A DNA stretch of 64,000 bases from a virus (lineage: Duplodnaviria > Caudoviricetes). This document shows positions 56,803 to 64,000 of this stretch, piece by piece (positions within the stretch are counted from its first letter, which is position 1; the number at the start of each line of letters is the position of its first letter). The translations under genes were made by a program, and so were the position numbers. The stretch lies in the IMG/VR virus record IMGVR_UViG_3300037067_007008, positions 1,634 to 65,633 of that record; one strand, written 5' to 3'. The notes beneath the pieces were generated by a model. That model was not told the origin of the DNA, searched no databases, and saw only the letters and a program-made list of their open reading frames with translations.

Positions 56803-57134
56803 AATCTTTCCTTCTCTGCCTCAGTATCCTATTTCTGGCCGCCTGTGCTTTTGCCAAGAATGTCCCCTTAGCTTGGGACCCTCCTGACATTAACCCAGAA
56901 ATAGTCACAGGCTACAAAATCTACTATGGTCTCTCTCCACGTACCTATACAGTCAACGTAAACGCTGGCCTTGTACGTACCTACACAGTCATGAACCTCC
57001 CTGCAGGCACCTACTACTTCACAGCTACAGCCTATGATGCCAATGGCAACGAGTCTGATTACAGCAACGAAGTGTTCATCAAGTTCTCCGGTCCTCCCAA
57101 GAACCTAGTAATAACACTCCCATCAACACCTTAA
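56799..57134 (+). CDS. Secreted or lipid-anchored fibronectin type III domain protein
   Basis: Signal peptide with LAAC lipobox-like motif. LAWDPP...GYKIYYG...LPAGTYYFTATAYD..GNES.YSNEV is FN3-like. Confidence 0.75.
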   Translation: MKSFLLCLSILFLAACAFAKNVPLAWDPPDINPEIVTGYKIYYGLSPRTYTVNVNAGLVRTYTVMNLPAGTYYFTATAYDANGNESDYSNEVFIKFSGPPKNLVITLPSTP

Positions 57135-57149
57135 CTTAAGGAGGCACCT

Positions 57150-57314
57150 ATGCCAGCCAAGTCGGTAGCTCAAAGACGATTATTTGCTGTAGCAGAACAT
57201 AAACCAGAACAGTTAAGAGGCAAAAATAAGGAGTTGGCTAACCTATCTCGTAAAACGCTCCACGACTTCGCCTCCACCAAAGAGAAAGGTCTCTCCCTGA
57301 GGAAAAAGAAATGA
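57150..57314 (+). CDS. Small basic phage protein (DUF3008-like)
   Basis: MPAKSVAQRRLFAVAEH...LHDFASTK, SD AAGGAGG. Confidence 0.6.
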   Translation: MPAKSVAQRRLFAVAEHKPEQLRGKNKELANLSRKTLHDFASTKEKGLSLRKKK

Positions 57315-57410
57315 TAGAAATCGGTCAACCAATCGCCTTCGTTCAACACCCCGACGCCCCTAAGCACCTCCGTGACAAATTCAAATTCTTCCTCTGGTTA
57401 AGCAGGCTCT

Positions 57411-58439
57411 ATGGTAAGTGGATTCGTTGATGCCTATGTAAGTGACTCTGGTGGTGGTGGCGGCGGAACAACTGACCACGCTGCCCTCTCTAACCTTGAC
57501 TATGCCTCTGCTGGACACACAGGTTTCGAGCCTGCACTTACCACTGGAAACCTCACCGCAACCTCTCCTATCCTCCTTGACCAAACCCGCCAAGTCATAG
57601 GTGGAGCAGCAGTAGTCTCCTTCGACTCTGCCTACATGCCTAGAGAAAGACTCACTGCTGCACGAACATATTATGTTCGAAAAGATGGCAATGACTCCAA
57701 CACAGGCCTGGTAGATAGTGCAGCAGGGGCATTTTTGACTATCCAGAAGGCAGTAAATGTCTACCAAGCCTTAGACTGTAATGGATATAATGTAACGATC
57801 CAAGTTGGTGCAGGTACATATACTGATGCAATAGTAATAACTACTAGGACTGGATCAGGCTCTTTGTATCTTACTGGAGATAAAGCCACTCCAGCAAATG
57901 TTGCCCTTACTGTGTCAACTTCAGATACAATTCAGGTGTCAGGGCATCCTACTGGATCTTCTGTTTATATAGAAGGATTTACGCTTAGAACGACACATAC
58001 TGGCAGTGCCTGTATCCATGCAATGGCCTGCTCTGTAGTATTATTTGGTAATATAGTTTTTGGTGCATCTACCTATTATCATTTATTTTCAGAAACGAGC
58101 GCGGAACTCTCTTTTATAAATGCCTGCACCATTTCAGGATCAGCTACCATTTCTATTGTACTGGGATATGGTGGATTTGTCCGGTCAAGAGGAAGTGGTT
58201 CAATAACCGTAACTCTTACAGGGACTCCTGCATTTTCTGGATTTTTCTGTTATATAGGAACTACAAGTGTGTACCACTCTAATAATAATGAACCGGCTTA
58301 CATAACTTTTTCTGGTAGTGCTACTGGAACACGCTATTTATGTGAATCTAATGGAGTCGCAAATCTAAATGCGGCAGGGCCTAATTATTTCCCTGGAAAC
58401 GTAGCAGGTTCTACTTCTACAGGGGGTCAATATCTATAA
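57411..58439 (+). CDS. Tail fibre/spike-like protein with beta-helix-like C-terminus
   Basis: DHAALSNLDYASAGHTGF, then TYYVRKDGNDSNTG...FLTIQKAV, the cap motif of pectin-lyase-like beta-helices. Confidence 0.6.
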   Translation: MVSGFVDAYVSDSGGGGGGTTDHAALSNLDYASAGHTGFEPALTTGNLTATSPILLDQTRQVIGGAAVVSFDSAYMPRERLTAARTYYVRKDGNDSNTGLVDSAAGAFLTIQKAVNVYQALDCNGYNVTIQVGAGTYTDAIVITTRTGSGSLYLTGDKATPANVALTVSTSDTIQVSGHPTGSSVYIEGFTLRTTHTGSACIHAMACSVVLFGNIVFGASTYYHLFSETSAELSFINACTISGSATISIVLGYGGFVRSRGSGSITVTLTGTPAFSGFFCYIGTTSVYHSNNNEPAYITFSGSATGTRYLCESNGVANLNAAGPNYFPGNVAGSTSTGGQYL

Positions 58440-58660
58440 TGGAATACCTCGAACTTGTCATCCAAAACCTCATCGACAACATTAACGAAAAGTTTGCTGA
58501 ACTAAAGCCCGGCAACCCCCCAGTCATAGACGATCTCCTCTACCGTGTAGCCGACGCCGCCGACGAAGCCTACCAAACAGAACGCACCTCCCGTGGCAGC
58601 ATCCATGGTCAAGGTAACCCACATAAGAATCAAGGAAATGGAAATCCGCCATTTTTATGA
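58439..58660 (+). CDS. Hypothetical protein
   Basis: 73 aa, TAATG-coupled. Confidence 0.45.
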   Translation: MEYLELVIQNLIDNINEKFAELKPGNPPVIDDLLYRVADAADEAYQTERTSRGSIHGQGNPHKNQGNGNPPFL

Positions 58661-58668
58661 AATTGATC

Positions 58669-58696
58669 TTGCAATTCAAAAACCTCAATATACAAT
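58669..58696 (+). promoter_or_regulatory. Putative sigma70-type promoter for the head operon
   Basis: TTGCAA-N16-TACAAT before SD AAGGAG and ATG 58716. Confidence 0.5.
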
Positions 58697-58715
58697 GCCC
58701 AAAGGAGTCAACTAA

Positions 58716-59054
58716 ATGTGGCGATCACTTGGTAAGGTTACAGTTACAGTCTCAGGGACACTCGTTAGAGCCTCTAACAACGAGCTGAACCCTAATGAGC
58801 GTGTACCCTGCCAATCCGTCCTCTTCGAGCAGTGGCCTGGAAACACAGGCCGCATCTACATCTGTGACCGCCCTACAGCAAACGTCGCCTCAGGTGTTGG
58901 CGTCCTGGCAATACTAGCTCCCCCAACCACAGCTGGTTACCCATCAGCTGGCGTTGGCATACCAACAGCTCCCACACCCATCAGTGCCACCGACTTCTGG
59001 ATTGACGCTGAGGTATCAGGTGAAGGAGTTCTAGTCAGCATCGTTAGAGCTTAA
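58716..59054 (+). CDS. Small virion beta-protein (distant copy 3 of the 54950/55262 family)
   Basis: GKVTVTVSGTLVR...GNTGRIYI...FWIDAEVSGEGVLV. Confidence 0.5.
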   Translation: MWRSLGKVTVTVSGTLVRASNNELNPNERVPCQSVLFEQWPGNTGRIYICDRPTANVASGVGVLAILAPPTTAGYPSAGVGIPTAPTPISATDFWIDAEVSGEGVLVSIVRA

Positions 59055-59072
59055 CCATAAAGGAGATTCACA

Positions 59073-59192
59073 ATGGCAAAAGGAATGGGAAAAGGCGTTA
59101 AAAATGGTAGCTTGGCAAAGCCTGCCAAGGGAGGCAAAGGCGGATTCGTCAGTAGCCCAGCCCAGATGATTAGCAAAAAGGGTTGCAAGTAA
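59073..59192 (+). CDS. Small Lys/Gly-rich protein (39 aa)
   Basis: MAKGMGKGVKNGSLAKPAKGG..., SD AAGGAG. Confidence 0.45.
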   Translation: MAKGMGKGVKNGSLAKPAKGGKGGFVSSPAQMISKKGCK

Positions 59193-59206
59193 CCCAAGGA
59201 GTCAAT

Positions 59207-59641
59207 ATGGAGACAGCATCTCCAACTTCATCGGCACGAAATTTTAATCTTGATGCACCTCCGCCCACTCCTCCTGCCTCCTCAAAGGGGGGAGCCTTCA
59301 TGCCTCCCCCTCCCTCTGGAGGTGGCTTAGGAGATATGGCGAATTCACCTCAGCTGATGACGATGCAAGGTCTAGCCATGGCAAAAGATGCTTTCCAGCT
59401 CATAGCCAATGGCCTCCCAATGCTGTCTCAGCTTCTCTCAAACACAGTAACCGATCTTGAACAACTGGTTGCCCAGGCCACGTCCCAATCCATGGCAGGT
59501 CAGGCACCAGCAATCACTCCTCCTCCTGGAGTGGCTCCAATGATGCCGCCGCCTCCAGGTGCAATGGCTCCTCCGGCTGCCAGCATGTCTGGCATGTCAG
59601 CAGGGGCACCAGGTGGACCTCCCGGACCTATGGGGATGTAG
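59207..59641 (+). CDS. Pro/Gly/Met-rich protein upstream of the scaffold
   Basis: SD AAGGAG, one central helix, low-complexity ends. Confidence 0.5.
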   Translation: METASPTSSARNFNLDAPPPTPPASSKGGAFMPPPPSGGGLGDMANSPQLMTMQGLAMAKDAFQLIANGLPMLSQLLSNTVTDLEQLVAQATSQSMAGQAPAITPPPGVAPMMPPPPGAMAPPAASMSGMSAGAPGGPPGPMGM

Positions 59642-59687
59642 CCTGTTATTCGTGCTGGGCCTTTAGGCAGGCACATAAGGACAAAAG

Positions 59688-60503
59688 ATGGCAAAGAAAT
59701 CTACTGAAGATCTACGAGCATACTGGCAGGAGATAGCAACCAAGAATGGTCTGGACGCAGAAACCATTTCATCTATGGATGCAGCTCTGGGCAACGAAGC
59801 CGTAGCAAAAGCGTTCCGTCAGGCATTTGTAACAGTTTCGGATCATCATAGCACTCTTGATTCCATGAAAACTGAATACGAATCCCAACAGGCGAAAGTC
59901 AACGAATGGTACAACAATCAAGCCCTTCCTGCTTACCAAGCTAACCTGACTGGCATCGAACAGCTCAGGAAGTACGAAGCACTCTATGGCCCGATTGATC
60001 CAGACTCCGTGACCCGCTCTGACGCACGCGAACTCGGCTTTAACAGTAAAGCCGAACTAGACAAGTACCTTGATGACCGTTTCCGCGCTGAAAGAGCTGG
60101 CTACATATCGCTCTCCAAGACCCTCCCTAAGATGTCCGTTGACTACTACAACCGCTTCCATAAAGTTCTGGACCCGGATGAAGTAGAAAAGGTGTCTGTA
60201 GCAAAGGGTCTGCCCCCGGACTTAGCTTATAAGGCTTACATCGAGCCTGAAGTGGAAGCCCAGCGGCAAGCTGATTTTGAAGCCAAAATCAAAGAAGCAG
60301 AGGAACGGGGCGCTCGTAGCGTAGCTTCAAGGCACAATCTGCCAATAGATTCCACCCCCAAGGAGTCCAGCCCGTTCTTTGACCGGGAAGCCACTCCTGC
60401 AAAGCCCATGAGTGAGATCGAAGAAGATCGAGCTTCACGAGCTGCGTTCCTGGATGGCTGGAATACCTATGCGGCAGATGTTGCAAGCAAATTCAAACCC
60501 TAA
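59688..60503 (+). CDS. Capsid scaffolding protein
   Basis: 271 aa, acidic and helical, immediately upstream of the capsid gene. Confidence 0.65.
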   Translation: MAKKSTEDLRAYWQEIATKNGLDAETISSMDAALGNEAVAKAFRQAFVTVSDHHSTLDSMKTEYESQQAKVNEWYNNQALPAYQANLTGIEQLRKYEALYGPIDPDSVTRSDARELGFNSKAELDKYLDDRFRAERAGYISLSKTLPKMSVDYYNRFHKVLDPDEVEKVSVAKGLPPDLAYKAYIEPEVEAQRQADFEAKIKEAEERGARSVASRHNLPIDSTPKESSPFFDREATPAKPMSEIEEDRASRAAFLDGWNTYAADVASKFKP

Positions 60504-60526
60504 CCTCATAAGGTGAGGAGTTAGCA

Positions 60527-60600
60527 ATGGCTGAGTTAGACCAGATTACAGTAGCAACACACCGCTACATTCGAAAGACTCCAAAATTGATTGACATGGT
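60527..60600 (+). CDS. Major capsid protein, exon 1
   Basis: SD GAGGAG. MAELDQITVATHRYIRKTPKLIDM plus GT, which joins exon 2 in frame. Confidence 0.85.
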
Positions 60601-61320
60601 TAACTGAAATGGCTATGTTTAAACCTGACTATATGCTGGAACACCCTAAAGCGAGCACCCCTTATAATGGAACAGTGTGCTTGATTCTCGGAGGAGAAAT
60701 GGACAATCAGCAGGAAATCAGGTTCGCCGCAGCACGAATTGCAATGATGATCGACACTGATGGATGGGCAACCATAAACGTAACCCAACGTAGTAAGGTA
60801 CGTAATGCAAATCTTGTCCCTGCAATAGGTATGGTAAATACTTCCAGACCTTTGATAGAGTGGCTGGATAAAACACTTACTGAGTTGGGAATACCCCATT
60901 ACCTTAAGTGGTATGATCTGAGTGGTTACAAAGGCTCCCGTTGTAAGATGCCTCAAGGCAGAATAACTGTCCAAGGGGTGAAACGGTTGCAGAAATTTTT
61001 GCCACTTATTACTCCATTCCTGATTGCCAAAAGCATTCAGGGAAAGCTTCTACAGGAGTATGTAGACCTTGCCTCAGCACGTCCTGGTAAGGCACCATAC
61101 TCTCAACGGGAGTTGGAGATTGCAAATTATATTCGTGGCTTCAATTCCAATAAAGGTGGAAATTGGCGACCTGTATCCTCAGAGACTGTACGCCAGGCAC
61201 GGGAGATGGTTGATCACCTGAACTCGTTGAAGAGACAGTCCGATCTGAGTGGAGACACCCAGAGTGAGGCAGAAATGACCTCACCTCAGACTATTCACTA
61301 AAGTCTGATGTAACAGAATG
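60601..61320 (+). mobile_element. Group I self-splicing intron (720 nt)
   Basis: P ATGCTGGAA 60633, Q AATCAGCAGG 60705, R TCAGAGACTGTA 61179, S AAGAGACAGTCC 61230. P1 with U60600.G60612, P10 CTGAAA/TTTCAG, terminal G61320. Confidence 0.93.
60699..61301 (+). CDS. Intron-encoded LAGLIDADG homing endonuclease (200 aa)
   Basis: SD GGAGGAG. MDNQQE start, single motif ARIAMMIDTDGWATI. Confidence 0.85.
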   Translation: MDNQQEIRFAAARIAMMIDTDGWATINVTQRSKVRNANLVPAIGMVNTSRPLIEWLDKTLTELGIPHYLKWYDLSGYKGSRCKMPQGRITVQGVKRLQKFLPLITPFLIAKSIQGKLLQEYVDLASARPGKAPYSQRELEIANYIRGFNSNKGGNWRPVSSETVRQAREMVDHLNSLKRQSDLSGDTQSEAEMTSPQTIH

Positions 61321-62323
61321 CTTTCAGAATGATCCGTTACTCGCATATTTGAAATTGAATGTGCGAGAGGACTATGATGGTGGCCGATACATAGGAGAGA
61401 ACTTCTACTATGATGGCCTCATCGGTGGCCCATATCTCCAAGGTAAAGAGTTCGACATCACTGAGCCTCAGATTGAACAGCAGCTCCAGTTCAATGTGAA
61501 GTTCTTCCAGATGAACGTCACTCTCTCCAAGGAAGATATTCAAGTTATCAACAAAGGACAGAATGCAGCCTTTAAGCTGATTGAGTCCCGCATGACCAAT
61601 GCCTATATGACCATCGGAGCACAGATGGCCATCGGCCTGTACCTTAATGGCATCAACGCTGGTTACACTGCCAACTGGAACGGACTTCCTGAAGCATGTA
61701 ACGATGGCTCTGTTGCCTCTTGGGATGGCAATACCTACACCACCTATGGCACCATCACTCGTGGTGGCGCTGTTGGCACGGCCCTCAACTCCATCCCGGT
61801 CAACGTGGGTGGCACCATTGAGTACAACACCCTGGAGGAAACCTACTCCACGGCGTGCTTCGGTACCATCGAACCCAACATCGGCGTCACCACTGCCCTG
61901 GGTTACTCCTATATCAAGGAGAAATTCCAGACTCAGCAACGCTTTAACGAAGTTCAGGACCCTAAAATCGGTTTCAACGGGCTCAAGTTCAACATGGCGA
62001 CCCTGATGAAATCCCGATATGCTCCTGGCTCCTACATCAGTGGTGCTGGTACTGGCGACCGAATCGCCAATGGCTTCATCAAACAGATGTCCAACGGAGC
62101 ACTCTTGGTTTACCCAACCGTCGCCTCCGAGACTCTATGGTGGCTCAATGCTCGTAAGCCCTACGCCAACCTGTACCTCAGTAACGATCCTGAGTACAGT
62201 CTGGGCTTCACCGGATTCAAGCCGGGTCAAGGCAACACCAAGGTTGCGGGACAGGTTCTGGCTGCTGGCGCAGTCACTTTCGCCCCCCGTTATCATAAAC
62301 AGCTGTATGGGATCACTGGATAA
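61321..62323 (+). CDS. Major capsid protein, exon 2 (spliced product 358 aa)
   Basis: C-TTT-CAG-AAT restores ...IDMVFQNDPLLAYLK... Capsid-like sequence, strongly C-ending codons. Confidence 0.85.
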
Positions 62324-62340
62324 CCAGAAAGGAGATACAT

Positions 62341-62927
62341 ATGCCTAACACAAATCGTGACCAGTTACTGTATATCCAGACTGGTAATCCTGATACCTGG
62401 AGTTTCGCTCCTGAAACTACCACCTCCACTCCCACCTCCGTTGCTCGACGGATTCAGGGTGAGCTTGGTAAAGCGTATGACTGGAATGACCGAGCCTATC
62501 AGCGGGTCAAACTGGACTCTGGTGCCACTGCCTCCAACACTGTTGGTGCAGTCGCCGCGAACCAGCTGGCTTTCTGGAAGGATAAGTCCCAGTACCTTGT
62601 CACCAATGACAAGCGCTTTGCCCTTCAGGGTGCTGTTGCTAACAGCTTTGCCAACAACGTAGCGGGAATCTTCCGCTCTGCTGTCCCCGCCGGGTACTAC
62701 TGTGACATCCTCATCCGTGGCCGCAACATCGCTGTTCCGTAGCCACTGCTGATGAAGGAAACGTCACTGGTGGTGTCTCCGTCATCGCTGATGTCACCGC
62801 AGACACTGCTTCCGTTGACGGAGTTGCAGTTGGTACTGCTGTTACTTACCAGAAGTTGGGAATTTGCCGAACCGCCTCCACGTCCAACGTGGCCTATGCG
62901 GACATCGACATCCCCAATATTCCTTAA
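62341..62927 (+). CDS. Capsid decoration/cement-like protein, frameshifted at ~62739
   Basis: 133 aa ORF stops at TAG 62740. The -1 frame continues VATADEGNVTGG...IDIPNIP for 62 aa with no start of its own, ending just before the next SD. Confidence 0.6.
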
Positions 62928-62938
62928 GGAGTCTAATC

Positions 62939-63169
62939 ATGGCTATCACAGTCTCGCGTAAGCGGACCTTAGTGTATGGCAACCGTAAGATTATGAACTA
63001 TACTCTTACTGTTGGGGTCACAGGTGATACGCTTGTTACGGGCTTGGCAAAAGTTGAGTTTGTGAGTAGCAATACTCCAGCTGAACTTACCAAGATCACG
63101 GCATCAGGTGGGACCTTAACCTTTACAGGCACTGCTGCTGATGCACTGGTGCATGTCGAAGGTTACTAA
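62939..63169 (+). CDS. Small virion protein
   Basis: MAITVSRKRTLVYGNRK..., 76 aa, SD AAGGAG. Confidence 0.55.
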   Translation: MAITVSRKRTLVYGNRKIMNYTLTVGVTGDTLVTGLAKVEFVSSNTPAELTKITASGGTLTFTGTAADALVHVEGY

Positions 63170-63194
63170 TCGTTAATAGAAGGAGCACTTTTCT

Positions 63195-64000
63195 ATGTTA
63201 GATACTTACCTGAGTATAGCTGGTAAAGTGCTCCTTCGCTGCCCCATGGCTGGGCCTCTCCTAGCTCGTGACTGGGTAGCAAATGCCTTTCGTCGTATCG
63301 CAGAACGCCGCGCCTGGTCCTGGCTTATTAAGCAGGGCCAGTTCATCATGTATCCTCTCTACAATGGTGGCACCGTCACCACCACTCAAGGCAGCACCAC
63401 AGTCACAGGTATAGGTACAGCCTTCACAGCTGCCATGGCAGGTCGTCAGTTCCGCCTCACCACCACAACTCCCATCTACACCGTCACAGCTGTAGATATT
63501 GTCCTGCAAACCCTTACCTTAGACCTTCCCTGGGGTCCAGCCTCCTACATAGGTCATGCCTATGAAATCTATAGTGCCTATGTCTCCCCACCGACAGACT
63601 TCAACTACTTCCTGACAGTCTGGGACCCTAACTTCAACTGGCAGCTTCACCTAAACATCACCCAGCGTGAAGTCAATACATGGGATGCACAACGCTCTAA
63701 TCGTGGCCAAGCTTACTTAGTCTCTCCTAGGGACTACTACACTCCATCAGGTTCCACCATACCTCTACCCCGCTTCGAGGTCTGGCCTCATGTAACCTCT
63801 GCCTATGTCCTGCCCTTCCTCTATCTCTCCAGAGCCACTGACCTCCAGGACTCTGGAGCACTTCTCCCTAGATATATCCGAGGAGATGTCCTATTGGAAC
63901 TGGCCTTGGCAGAGGCAGCCCGATGGCCTGGGCCGGGACTCTCAGTAAACGAGAAAGGCTACACCCGCCCCTCCAACCCCTACTTCCACCCCCAACTGGC
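63195..64000 (+). CDS. Head-tail adaptor-like protein (3'-truncated; absent from the ORF track)
   Basis: Open from ATG 63195 to the window end: MLDTYLSIAGKVLLRCP...YVSPPTDF...PRFEVWPH...LLELALAEAARWPG. Confidence 0.65.
   Translation, partial: MLDTYLSIAGKVLLRCPMAGPLLARDWVANAFRRIAERRAWSWLIKQGQFIMYPLYNGGTVTTTQGSTTVTGIGTAFTAAMAGRQFRLTTTTPIYTVTAVDIVLQTLTLDLPWGPASYIGHAYEIYSAYVSPPTDFNYFLTVWDPNFNWQLHLNITQREVNTWDAQRSNRGQAYLVSPRDYYTPSGSTIPLPRFEVWPHVTSAYVLPFLYLSRATDLQDSGALLPRYIRGDVLLELALAEAARWPGPGLSVNEKGYTRPSNPYFHPQL

Noticed and set aside
60591-60698. N-terminal extension of the LAGLIDADG ORF given in the ORF track
   Set aside because: It overlaps exon 1 and P1-P4 and has no SD. A strong SD supports ATG 60699.

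Overview
The whole window is double-stranded DNA tailed-phage sequence, probably podovirus-like: it has tubular tail and ejection proteins and no tape-measure gene or integrase. It likely covers most of a genome slightly over 64 kb. + strand 1-19068: head-tail adaptor, tail/nozzle genes, four ejection proteins. - strand 19053-47464 (except the helicase): glycosyltransferase/methyltransferase cassette, UDG-PolA fusion polymerase, a tRNA with an adjacent structured RNA, SSB/Sak4-like/Cas4-like recombination genes, many small early genes, an AAA+ ATPase and a complete ubiquitin-like module (E2-like, JAB, E1, tandem di-Ubl). + strand 30977-31981: a lone RepA-like helicase followed by an iteron-like repeat cluster. 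+ strand 48047-64000: terminase split by a free-standing HNH gene, portal, lysis genes, scaffold, and a major capsid gene interrupted by a group I intron encoding a LAGLIDADG endonuclease. The standouts are the phage-encoded ubiquitination module, the intron-split capsid gene, the HNH-split terminase, a nozzle gene apparently split with two alternative lectin-bearing C-terminal halves, a GNAT domain on an ejected protein, and a four-domain candidate ncRNA. All family assignments come from motif recognition by eye; no database search was run.
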